Positions 46,333 to 55,702 of a DNA stretch of 64,000 nt are shown in pieces (the stretch's first letter is position 1; each line of letters starts with the position of its first letter). Made by a program: the position numbers and the translations under genes. The stretch comes from Phycisphaerae bacterium. GTDB taxonomy: Bacteria > Planctomycetota > Phycisphaerae > UBA1845 > Fen-1342. The notes under the pieces were generated by a model. That model searched no databases, was not told the origin of the DNA, and worked only from the letters and a program-made list of their open reading frames with translations. The stretch lies in the NCBI GenBank assembly GCA_963675745.2, contig CAXXWX010000016.1:32001-96000 (forward strand). Reading direction: 5' to 3'.

Positions 46333-49158
46333 ATGATTCGCACGGTTGTCACCATCGCCGCCGTAGCCGCTGTGCTGGCATCAACGGGCATCGCAGCGGC
46401 CGAGCCTCGTCCGGACACGCCCGCCGTCGTGGCGGATGGTTTCGAGCATTACGAGGTGCCAGCCGATCCGTACCTGCCCCCCGCGCCCAATCCGCGCGGA
46501 CCACACCGGGCGTCGCAGTGGGTCCGTGACGGCTATGTCAGCATTCAGGTCAACGTGGATGAATTCGGCAACAACATCCCCAACGATGCCGCCAATGAGC
46601 CGTCGATCGCCGTCAACGCCATTGATCCGGACAACATCGTGATTGCCTGGCGTCAGTTCGATAACATCGCCAGCAACTTCCGCCAGGCGGGCTATGCCTA
46701 CACGCTCGACGCCGGCCAGACCTGGATCTTCGATTGGCCGCTCGAAGCGGCGGTGTTCCGCTCCGACCCGGTTCTCGACTCGGACGGCGACGGGAATATC
46801 TACTACAACAGCCTCTCGCACCCCGATGAATTCGTCTGCACCGTGTTCAAGACGTCCGACGGTGGCCAGACGTGGGACGACGGCACATTCGCCGCCGGCG
46901 GCGACAAGCAGTGGATGGCCATCGACAGATCCGACAGCATCGGCCGCGGACACATCTACGCCTTCTGGACGCAGTGGTTCAGCAACTGCCAGCCCGGCCA
47001 CTTCACGCGCTCCACCGATGGCGGCCAGTCATACGAGGCCTGTGTCGAGGTGCCCGGGCAGCCGGCGCGCGGCACGATCGCCGTCGGTCCGGATGGCGAG
47101 GTATATGTCGCCGGTGAGGGCGTTATCGTGGCCCGCTCAACGACCCTGCGCGACGCCGGCACGACGGCCGCATTCCAGGGCGTCAACTATGTCGATCTTG
47201 ACGGCGACATCCCGCCGTATGGAGGTCCCAATCCCGCCGGTTTGCTGAGCCAGGTCTGGGTTGCGGTCAACCATTCCGACGGTCCGAACCGCGGCCACGT
47301 GTATGTCGTCAGCGCCGTGGACCGCGACAGCACAACCGACCCGGCCGACATCATGTTTGCGCGCAGCACCAACGGGGGCGTCTCCTGGAGTTCGCCCGTG
47401 CGGGTTAACGACGACTCCGCGTGGAATGGTGCCTACCAGTGGTTCCCCACGCTCTCGGTGGCGCCAAACGGGCGCATCGACATAACCTGGAATGACACGC
47501 GCAATGACCCCGGCGGATACGATTCCGAAGTGTACTACTCCACCTCGCATGACGGCGGCTTGACGTTTTCACCCAACGTCGCCGTCAGTCCCGCTTTCGA
47601 CCCCCACCTGGGCTGGCCCCAGCAGAACAAGATCGGCGACTACACACACGCCGTCTCCGACAACGATGGAACCTCGCTGGCCTACTCCGCCACGTTCAAC
47701 GGCGAGGAGGATGTCTATTACCTGCGGATTCCCGCGCCCTGCTCGGACGCCGGCGACCTCCGCATCGATCGACCGAAGTACGCCTGCGACGGAAACGTCG
47801 CCATCGTATTGTATGATTGCGGCCTCAACACCAATGACGGAGTCACCGAGACGGCCGCCGTGACGATTTCTTGCGAGAGCGAGCCGGGCGGCGAGAGCGT
47901 CGTGCTCACCGAGACCGGCCCGGATACCGCCCGCTTCACCGGCCAGATCGCGCTCAGCACCAGCGACAGCGCCGGGGTTCTGCACGTGGCCGAATTCGAC
48001 ACGATCACCGTGCTCTATACAGACGCCGACGATGGGCTCGGGCACCACAACGTTGCGGTCACGGTTGACGCGCCGGTCGATTGCACCCCGCCGCTGGTCA
48101 GCGCGGTGAATGTCACCGACATAGAGCCTGACAGCGTTGTCGTTCACGTCGACGCCGACGAGCCGATCAAACCACTGGTCTCGTACGGACCGGCTTGCGA
48201 TGCGTTGAATGACACGGCGACAATCAAGCAGTTCTATGCCGCGAGCGACGTGCCGCTTACCGGATTGGAGCCCGGCGCGACCTACCGGTTTATGGTGGAT
48301 AGCGCGGACGAGGCCGGCAATGTCTTCGCCGACCCGACCTGCTATGAGTTCACCACGACGGCCGTACCCGACTACTTCACCGAGTTGTTCGACGGAAACG
48401 ACAACGACCTGGACTACACGCAACTTACCTTCCAGCCCGACGCCAGTGAGAGTTTCTACGCGGGCTGCGCCGCGCAGATTGCCGAGCTCCCGACCGATCC
48501 GGCCGGCGGCACGATCCTGCCGGCGGTTGATGACTTCTATTCGATCGCTGATCTGGTGGATGGAAAGACGGTCTCGCTCTACGGCCACGCATACTCGCGC
48601 TTCTACATCGGCGGCAACGGGTATCTTACGTTTTTCTCGGGACAGACCGATGCCGACGAGACTCTGGCCAAGCACCTGGGCCAATTGCGCGTCTCCGGTT
48701 TGTATGATGATCTCGATGCAAGTGCCGGCGGCTACATAACCTGGAAACAGCTCGACAACCGGGCCGTAATCACCTACGTCAATGTTCCGGAAAAGGGCGC
48801 GGGTGGCGACAACACCTTCCAGATCGAGATGTTCTTCGACGGGAAGATCACGCTTAGCTATCTCAACATCGATGCGCAGGACGGCCTCGCCGGACTTTCG
48901 CGCGGCGGCTACCCCTTTGATGACTTTTTCATGAGCGATCTCTCGGAGCTTGGCTCCTGTGATGCGACCGGGGACACTAATTGCGACGGGTTGGTCAACA
49001 ACGGCGACATCGATGCGTTCGTGCTGGCCCTGAACGACCCCGCCGAGTACGCGGTTCAGTATCCCGGCTGCGATATCAACAATGCTGATACCAACGGCGA
49101 CGGGCTCGTCAACAACGGCGACATCGATGCGTTTGTCGCCCTGGTTTCATCGAAGTAA
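46333..49158 (+). CDS. secreted Asp-box propeller + FN3 + NIDO-like + dockerin-like protein, paralog 1
   Basis: GGAG RBS, signal peptide, NEPSIAV, SDPVL, DKQW, STDGG boxes, LTETG domain, NTFQIEMFFDG, GDTNCDG. Confidence 0.87.
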   Translation: MIRTVVTIAAVAAVLASTGIAAAEPRPDTPAVVADGFEHYEVPADPYLPPAPNPRGPHRASQWVRDGYVSIQVNVDEFGNNIPNDAANEPSIAVNAIDPDNIVIAWRQFDNIASNFRQAGYAYTLDAGQTWIFDWPLEAAVFRSDPVLDSDGDGNIYYNSLSHPDEFVCTVFKTSDGGQTWDDGTFAAGGDKQWMAIDRSDSIGRGHIYAFWTQWFSNCQPGHFTRSTDGGQSYEACVEVPGQPARGTIAVGPDGEVYVAGEGVIVARSTTLRDAGTTAAFQGVNYVDLDGDIPPYGGPNPAGLLSQVWVAVNHSDGPNRGHVYVVSAVDRDSTTDPADIMFARSTNGGVSWSSPVRVNDDSAWNGAYQWFPTLSVAPNGRIDITWNDTRNDPGGYDSEVYYSTSHDGGLTFSPNVAVSPAFDPHLGWPQQNKIGDYTHAVSDNDGTSLAYSATFNGEEDVYYLRIPAPCSDAGDLRIDRPKYACDGNVAIVLYDCGLNTNDGVTETAAVTISCESEPGGESVVLTETGPDTARFTGQIALSTSDSAGVLHVAEFDTITVLYTDADDGLGHHNVAVTVDAPVDCTPPLVSAVNVTDIEPDSVVVHVDADEPIKPLVSYGPACDALNDTATIKQFYAASDVPLTGLEPGATYRFMVDSADEAGNVFADPTCYEFTTTAVPDYFTELFDGNDNDLDYTQLTFQPDASESFYAGCAAQIAELPTDPAGGTILPAVDDFYSIADLVDGKTVSLYGHAYSRFYIGGNGYLTFFSGQTDADETLAKHLGQLRVSGLYDDLDASAGGYITWKQLDNRAVITYVNVPEKGAGGDNTFQIEMFFDGKITLSYLNIDAQDGLAGLSRGGYPFDDFFMSDLSELGSCDATGDTNCDGLVNNGDIDAFVLALNDPAEYAVQYPGCDINNADTNGDGLVNNGDIDAFVALVSSK

Positions 49159-49206
49159 CGATCGCGCTGCCGGGCCGCGGCGGCTGACGTTCTCGTTGCT
49201 CGTTTC

Positions 49207-49230
49207 GACCGGCTGAAAGCCGGTCCCACA
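49207..49230. repeat. REP-like palindrome
   Basis: GACCGGCT-GAA-AGCCGGTC followed by CCACA; degenerate second unit at ~49239-49260. Confidence 0.6.
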
Positions 49231-49290
49231 GGTTTCTTGACCGGGCGGAAGCTGGTCTGACAGCTATGACGTTTGCCGAGGAGCGACGAG

Positions 49291-49785
49291 ATGAGGTGTA
49301 TTGACGCGGTTCGGGCATTGCTTCTGATTGGCGTGGCCTGTGCTTTTGTGGGGTGCGATCACGGCGGGCGCCAGGCGCCGGCGGTTGATAGGCCCGATAA
49401 CACAGAGACCATCGAAGAATTCTGGGCCGACGGCACGCCAAAGCTGCGCGAGACCGTCGTCCGTGCCCCCGACGGCACCATCATCCACCACGGCCGCTAC
49501 CAACGCTGGCACCCAAACGGCAAGCTCGAGTACGAGACCACCTTCGTCCACAACCGCAAGGACGGTACGGCGACGCGCCACCATAAGAATGGCGGCAAGT
49601 GGACCGAGGAACACTATGTGGACGGGGAGAAAAACGGCGTCTGCCACACCTGGGACGAAGGCGGCAACCTCCGGCAGGAACGCGTGTTCTGTGGTGGTCG
49701 ACCGTGTGGCACCTGGACAACCTGGAAGGCCGATGGCACCGTCAAAGCCGTGCAGACCTTTGAGGACGTCACTTTCCAACCGTAG
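49291..49785 (+). CDS. MORN-variant repeat lipoprotein (YwqK-like)
   Basis: Lipobox AFVGC; repeats HGRYQRWHPNGKL, DGTATRHHKNGGK, NGVCHTWDEGGNL. Confidence 0.82.
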   Translation: MRCIDAVRALLLIGVACAFVGCDHGGRQAPAVDRPDNTETIEEFWADGTPKLRETVVRAPDGTIIHHGRYQRWHPNGKLEYETTFVHNRKDGTATRHHKNGGKWTEEHYVDGEKNGVCHTWDEGGNLRQERVFCGGRPCGTWTTWKADGTVKAVQTFEDVTFQP

Positions 49786-50033
49786 TCCGCGGCGTCGGCA
49801 CTCACGCGCCAGCAGGCCGCAGCGCCGGGCGCCTCGTCCCGGCGCCGGACCGTCGATTCTTGTCGTGTCCGCTTTGCAGGAACGTTATGATGGGGTGAAA
49901 TGCAGCAGCGCAGTGCGACGGACAAGGCCTGCCGGAGGGGTGAGCCAACCAAGCATTGACCGATAAGCACCTATGAGCAGGTTCGGCGAAGTGCGCGGGC
50001 GCCGGCCTCGGCGGCGTACCAAAGGAGCACCGG

Positions 50034-52841
50034 ATGCAGCGGACGATTTTTGGCTTGCTAGCTACGCTAACACTCGCCTTCACACCCTTCAACGCAGCAG
50101 CTAACCAGCCCAGCCAACCCATTGCGGCACCTACCCACCACGAGGCCCCAACCGATCACGCGCCTGTCCAGCAGGCACCCGCCGTACGCGCGACAACGCC
50201 GGCGGCGTTGATTGTGCGCGACGATTACGTCAGCGTGCAGGTCAACGTGAATGAGAATGGTGAGAACATCGTCGGCGATGCCGCCAACGAACCGACACTG
50301 GCGGTGAACCCGGTCTTCCCCAACCGGATGGTCATCTGCTGGCGCCAGTTCAACACCAAGACCAGCAACTTTCGCCAGGCCGGAAACGCCTATACCGAAG
50401 ACGGCGGGCAGACCTGGACATTCCCCGGCGTGATCGAGCCAACCATCTTTCGTTCCGACCCGGTGCTCGACGTTGATGCCGGCGGCAACTTCTTCTTCAA
50501 CAGCCTGGGTGACGGTTTCGTGTGTACGGTCTTCAAGTCCACGAACGGCGGCGCGACCTGGGGGCCGGGAGTGTACGCGTACGGCGGCGACAAGCAGTGG
50601 ATGATCATCGACAAGTCCGGCGGAATCGGACAAGGCAACATTTACGCCTATTGGTCGGTCAGCTCCAGCGTCTGTGCGCCCGGACACTTCACACGCTCGA
50701 CTGACGGCGGCGAAACTTATGAGCCCTGCCGGGCGATTTCCGGCACACCCATGTGGGGCACGATGGCGATCGGCCCCGAAGGCCAGCTCTATATCGTCGG
50801 TCGCGGCTTCACCGTCACCCGGTCGAACAACGCCCAGAATCCGGCACAGACGCCAAGTTGGGACTTCTCGCGATTCGTCGATCTTGACGGTGACGTCTCC
50901 GGCTTCGGCGGTCCAAACCCGGACGGGCTCGGTGGCCAGGCCTGGATCGCCACCGACGTATCCCAGGGGACAAGTCGCGGCAATGTCTACGTGCTGGCCT
51001 CGGTGGAGCGCAACTCCACGGCGGACCCGCTGGATGTGATGTTCTCGCGCAGCACGAATGACGGCTGGACCTGGAGCAGTGAGGTCCGGGTCAACGACGA
51101 CTCGACCAGCAATGGTGCCTACCAATGGTTCGGCACCATGTCCGTCGCGCCCAACGGCCGCATCGACGTTGTCTGGTACGACACGCGCAACGATCCCGGT
51201 GGATACGACTCCGAGGTGTACTACACCTATTCGAGCGATACCGGCCAGACATGGGCACCCAGCCAACCGCTCACACCCGCTTTTGACCCCCACCTCGGCT
51301 GGCCCGCGCAGCAGAAGCTGGGCGACTACATCCACATGGTCTCGGATCTGACCGGCGCCAATCTGGCGTACGCCGCGACATTCAACGGTGAACAGGATGT
51401 TTACTTCATTCGCATCCCCGCGCCGTGTATTGACGCCGGCCACGTGGAGCTCGATCGCCCGCAGTACGCCTGCGACGGGACCATGGTCATCCGCGTGTAC
51501 GATTGCGGCCCGAACGCGAGCGACACGACCATCGATACGACGACGCTGACGGTTGTATCGGATACCCAACCCGGCGGTCAGGCCGTGCTGTTGACCGAGA
51601 CGGGAGTCGATACCGCCATCTTCGAAGGCACGCTGACACTAAGCACCGGCGGCGGCGGCGGGACACTGCAAGTCAGCAGCGCCGACGCGCTGACTGCCCG
51701 CTATACCGATGCCAACAACGGCCAGGGAAGCCAGAACGTGTTGCTCGAAGCCACTGCCACTGTCGATTGCGCACCGCCGACGGTGAGCAATGTGCAATCT
51801 ACTGTCGACGAGCCCGGCCTGGCGACGATCACCCTTGAGACCGACGAGGAGGCGCTGGGGGTCGTCCACTATGGCCTGGCGTGCGACGCGCTGGATCAGA
51901 CCGCCGTCGGTTTTCAGTATGGCGTGCAGAACACCGTCCTGATCCAGGGGCTGGAGTCTGACCGGACGTACTTCTATATCGCCGATGCCGAGGACCATGC
52001 TGGCAATGTCGGCACCGAGGGAATCTGCCGATCGTTCGTCAGCGCCCACCAGCCGGTTTATTTCACCGAGTTGTTCGAGGCGGCGGACAACGATCTCGAT
52101 GACACGCGCATCGTGTTCACACCAAACGGCGGCCCCGACGGCTACAGCGCTTGCCTGACCGCGATAACTGAGTTGCCGAGCGACCCCGCCGGCGGCACGG
52201 CCCTGCCCGCGGTCGATGATTTCTACACGATCGCCAATCTCAGTGATGAAAAGACCATCCCGTTTTACGGCACCAACTACTCGCGGTTCTACATCGGCGG
52301 TAATGGCTACGTGACATTCAGCTTCGGTGACACATCCGCCGAGGAATCGCTGGCACTGCATTTCCAGCGGGCACGCATCTCGGCGCTGTTCGACGATCTG
52401 GATCTCAGCGCCGGCGGCAGCGCGAGCTGGAAGCAATTCGCCGATCGCGCCGTGGTAACATTCCTGGATGTGCCGGAAAAGGGCCTCGGTGGGACAAACA
52501 CCTTCCAGATCGAGCTATACTTTGACGGCACGATCAGCATCAGCTATCTGACAATTGACGCCACCGATGGCCTGGTCGGCTTGTCGCGCGGCAACAACCC
52601 CGCCTACTTCCTCGAGACCGACGTCTCGGCCATCGGACCGTGCTTCTTCCTGGGCGACCTGAATTGCGACGGGCTTGTCAACAACGGCGATATCGATGCG
52701 TTCATACTGGCGCTTAATGATCCCGCCGCCTATGCAATCACGTACCCCGCGTGCAACATCGACGCCGCGGACTGCAACCAGGACGGCTTGATCAACAATG
52801 GTGACATTGACTCGTTCGTCGGGTTGCTGGCCGCACCTTGA
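50034..52841 (+). CDS. secreted Asp-box propeller + FN3 + NIDO-like + dockerin-like protein, paralog 2
   Basis: AAGGAG RBS; same architecture as 46333-49158. Confidence 0.88.
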   Translation: MQRTIFGLLATLTLAFTPFNAAANQPSQPIAAPTHHEAPTDHAPVQQAPAVRATTPAALIVRDDYVSVQVNVNENGENIVGDAANEPTLAVNPVFPNRMVICWRQFNTKTSNFRQAGNAYTEDGGQTWTFPGVIEPTIFRSDPVLDVDAGGNFFFNSLGDGFVCTVFKSTNGGATWGPGVYAYGGDKQWMIIDKSGGIGQGNIYAYWSVSSSVCAPGHFTRSTDGGETYEPCRAISGTPMWGTMAIGPEGQLYIVGRGFTVTRSNNAQNPAQTPSWDFSRFVDLDGDVSGFGGPNPDGLGGQAWIATDVSQGTSRGNVYVLASVERNSTADPLDVMFSRSTNDGWTWSSEVRVNDDSTSNGAYQWFGTMSVAPNGRIDVVWYDTRNDPGGYDSEVYYTYSSDTGQTWAPSQPLTPAFDPHLGWPAQQKLGDYIHMVSDLTGANLAYAATFNGEQDVYFIRIPAPCIDAGHVELDRPQYACDGTMVIRVYDCGPNASDTTIDTTTLTVVSDTQPGGQAVLLTETGVDTAIFEGTLTLSTGGGGGTLQVSSADALTARYTDANNGQGSQNVLLEATATVDCAPPTVSNVQSTVDEPGLATITLETDEEALGVVHYGLACDALDQTAVGFQYGVQNTVLIQGLESDRTYFYIADAEDHAGNVGTEGICRSFVSAHQPVYFTELFEAADNDLDDTRIVFTPNGGPDGYSACLTAITELPSDPAGGTALPAVDDFYTIANLSDEKTIPFYGTNYSRFYIGGNGYVTFSFGDTSAEESLALHFQRARISALFDDLDLSAGGSASWKQFADRAVVTFLDVPEKGLGGTNTFQIELYFDGTISISYLTIDATDGLVGLSRGNNPAYFLETDVSAIGPCFFLGDLNCDGLVNNGDIDAFILALNDPAAYAITYPACNIDAADCNQDGLINNGDIDSFVGLLAAP

Positions 52842-52864
52842 CACGGGAGAACCAGGGCAACCAT

Positions 52865-55681
52865 ATGTTTGGACAACTACTCGGCGCTGCGGCGATAACC
52901 ATCATTCTGGCTCAGGTTGGCTCAGCGCAGGCGGACCGGCCGCAGACCGCCCCCCCGCCGGACGGCCACGTCGAGTTTCCCAGTGACGCGCCGCTGCCCG
53001 GAGTGATCCAGCAGGAAAGCGCGCCGGCGAAGGTGTGGCGTTCGCGCGACGGCTATGTCAGCGTGCAGGTCAATGTCAGTGCCGGCGGCGCCAACATCAC
53101 AAACGACGCCGCCAATGAGCCCTCGCTGGCGGTTGATCCGACCAATCCCAACCGCATGGTCATCGGCTGGCGCCAGTTCAACAATATTGCCAGCAACTTC
53201 CGCCAAGCCGGCTACGGTTACACGACCGACGGTGGCCGAAGCTGGACGTTTCCGGGCGTAATCGAGCCGGGCGTGTTTCGCTCGGACCCGGTCCTGGCCG
53301 CCGATGCCGAAGGCAACTTCTATTACAACAGTCTGACCGCCAACGGCGGCCAGTCTGAGTTCTGGTGTCATGTCTACAAATCCACCGATGGTGGTGCGAC
53401 CTGGGACGCAGGCACATACGCCTATGGCGGCGACAAGCAGTGGATGGTGATCGATACGACCGACAGCGTTGGCCGCGGCAACATCTACGCCAATTGGACG
53501 CGCAGTTACAGTGCGTGCCTGGGCTCTTTCACGCGCTCCATCGACAACGGCCAGAGTTTCCAGCCGTGCCTCCAAGTGCCGGGTCTGCCGCATTGGGGAA
53601 CAATGGCGATCGGACCTGATGGCGAGCTTTATATCGGCGGTGGTGGCTTCGTGGTCGCCAAGTCTTCAAACGCCAAGTATGACGCCCAGGCGATTGCCTG
53701 GGACTTCTCGACCATCGTCGATATGGATGGCCTCATCGCCTATGGCGGTGGCCCCAATCCCGACGGCCTGCTCGGCCAGGCCTGGATCGCGGCCGACCGG
53801 TCCGACGGCCCCACCGCCGGGAACGTATACCTGCTCTGCTCAGTCGCGCGCGACTCAACGCCCGACCCGGCCGATGTCATGTTCATCCGCAGCACCGACG
53901 GCGGCCAGACCTGGAGCAGCCCCACCCGCGTCAACGACGACCCTTCAACCAGTGCCTTTCAATGGTTCGGCACCATGTCCGTGGCTCCCAATGGCCGCAT
54001 CGACGTCGTCTGGCTTGACACGCGCAACGACCCGGGAGGATACGATTCCGAGTTGTACTACTCGTTCTCCGAGGACGGCGGCCTCACCTGGGCGGCCAAC
54101 CAGGCGCTCTCACCGGCGTTCGATCCCCACATCGGCTGGCCCCAGCAAACCAAGATGGGCGACTACTTCCACATGATCTCGGATCTTCACGGCGCGGACC
54201 TCGCATACGCCGCCACGTTCAACGGCGAGCAGGACGTCTACTACCTGCGCATTGGTGAGCGCTGCGAAGATGCCGGCAGTATCACGCTTGTACAAGACGT
54301 GTACGGCTGTGAAGACCTGCTCGAGATATCGGTCAACGACTGCGGGTTGAACATCGATCCCAACGGCATTGACACGGTCCAGGCCACCGTCATGTCTGAT
54401 ACGGAGCCCGCCGGCGAGGCCGTCACGCTCAATGAGACCGGCGTCTACACCGGTATTTTCACCGCAACGTTGCCGCTCAGCGTCACGGACAGCGTGGGCG
54501 TGCTTCAGGTCGCCGGGGGTGATGCGGTAACCGCCGAGTATATCGACGCTGATGACGGCGCCGGCGGCCATAACATCCTCATGACCGCTTCCACCAACAT
54601 CGACTGTACGCCGCCGGTGATCACGAATGTCGGCGTGTCGGTTGTGGATTACGAGACGGCCTTGGTTACGTTCGACACCTCCGAGCTGGCGCGCGGCACG
54701 GTGCGGTATGGCGCCGATTGCGGCAGTCTCGATCACCCCGTCGTTGGCACCGAGACGGCCCTCAATCACAGCATCAATATCGGCGGGCTGTACCCCGATG
54801 AGACGTACCACTTCGCGGTCGAGGCCAAAGACATGTTCGGCAATGTGGGCTACGAAGGTGGCTGTTACTCGTTTACGACCGACGCGGTGCCAGATTACTT
54901 CACGGAGATCTTCGAGGAGAATGACAACGATCTGGACTATTTGCGGTTGAACTTCCTGCCGGACGGCAGCCAGAGCTACTACGCCGGTTGTGCCCGGCCA
55001 ATCGCCGAGCTTCCCACCGATCCGGTCGGCGGGACCATTCTGCCGGCGGTCGATGATTTCTACACGATTGTTGACCTGGCGGATGGGAAGCTGGTCTCGA
55101 TCTACGGTCACGCCTATTCCCGCTTTTACATCGGCAGCAACGGATATATTACGTTCGTTGGCGGGCAGAACGACGCGCTGGAATCGCTGGCCAAGCACCT
55201 GAGCCAGGTGCGCATCTCCGGCTTGTATGATGATTTCGACGCGAGCGCCGGCGGCTACATCACGTGGAAGCAGCTCGACAATAGGGCCGTGGTCACCTAT
55301 GTCGACTTGCCGGAAAAGGGCCTCGGTGGCAGCAACACTTTTCAGATCGAGATGTTCTTCGACGGGGAAATCACACTCAGCTACCTCAACGTCGACGCAC
55401 AGGACGGTTTGGCGGGACTGTCGCCCGGTGGATATCCGATTGAGGACTTCTTCATGAGCGATCTGTCCGACCTTGGTCCCTGCAACATCATTGGCGACAC
55501 GAATTGCGACGGCGTGGTCAACAACGGTGACATTGACGCTTTCGTGTTGGCCCTCGGCGACCCCGACGGCTACGCCGCGGCCTTCCCCGACTGCGACATT
55601 AACGCGGCTGACTGCAATCAGGACGATATCATCAACAACGGCGACATTGACTCGTTTGTCGAGTTGCTCGCCGCACCTTGA
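52865..55681 (+). CDS. secreted Asp-box propeller + FN3 + NIDO-like + dockerin-like protein, paralog 3 (chimeric)
   Basis: Same architecture; N-part closest to paralog 4, NIDO-like part closest to paralog 1. Confidence 0.88.
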   Translation: MFGQLLGAAAITIILAQVGSAQADRPQTAPPPDGHVEFPSDAPLPGVIQQESAPAKVWRSRDGYVSVQVNVSAGGANITNDAANEPSLAVDPTNPNRMVIGWRQFNNIASNFRQAGYGYTTDGGRSWTFPGVIEPGVFRSDPVLAADAEGNFYYNSLTANGGQSEFWCHVYKSTDGGATWDAGTYAYGGDKQWMVIDTTDSVGRGNIYANWTRSYSACLGSFTRSIDNGQSFQPCLQVPGLPHWGTMAIGPDGELYIGGGGFVVAKSSNAKYDAQAIAWDFSTIVDMDGLIAYGGGPNPDGLLGQAWIAADRSDGPTAGNVYLLCSVARDSTPDPADVMFIRSTDGGQTWSSPTRVNDDPSTSAFQWFGTMSVAPNGRIDVVWLDTRNDPGGYDSELYYSFSEDGGLTWAANQALSPAFDPHIGWPQQTKMGDYFHMISDLHGADLAYAATFNGEQDVYYLRIGERCEDAGSITLVQDVYGCEDLLEISVNDCGLNIDPNGIDTVQATVMSDTEPAGEAVTLNETGVYTGIFTATLPLSVTDSVGVLQVAGGDAVTAEYIDADDGAGGHNILMTASTNIDCTPPVITNVGVSVVDYETALVTFDTSELARGTVRYGADCGSLDHPVVGTETALNHSINIGGLYPDETYHFAVEAKDMFGNVGYEGGCYSFTTDAVPDYFTEIFEENDNDLDYLRLNFLPDGSQSYYAGCARPIAELPTDPVGGTILPAVDDFYTIVDLADGKLVSIYGHAYSRFYIGSNGYITFVGGQNDALESLAKHLSQVRISGLYDDFDASAGGYITWKQLDNRAVVTYVDLPEKGLGGSNTFQIEMFFDGEITLSYLNVDAQDGLAGLSPGGYPIEDFFMSDLSDLGPCNIIGDTNCDGVVNNGDIDAFVLALGDPDGYAAAFPDCDINAADCNQDDIINNGDIDSFVELLAAP

Positions 55682-55702
55682 GATTGAGAAAAGGCTGACG
55701 AC

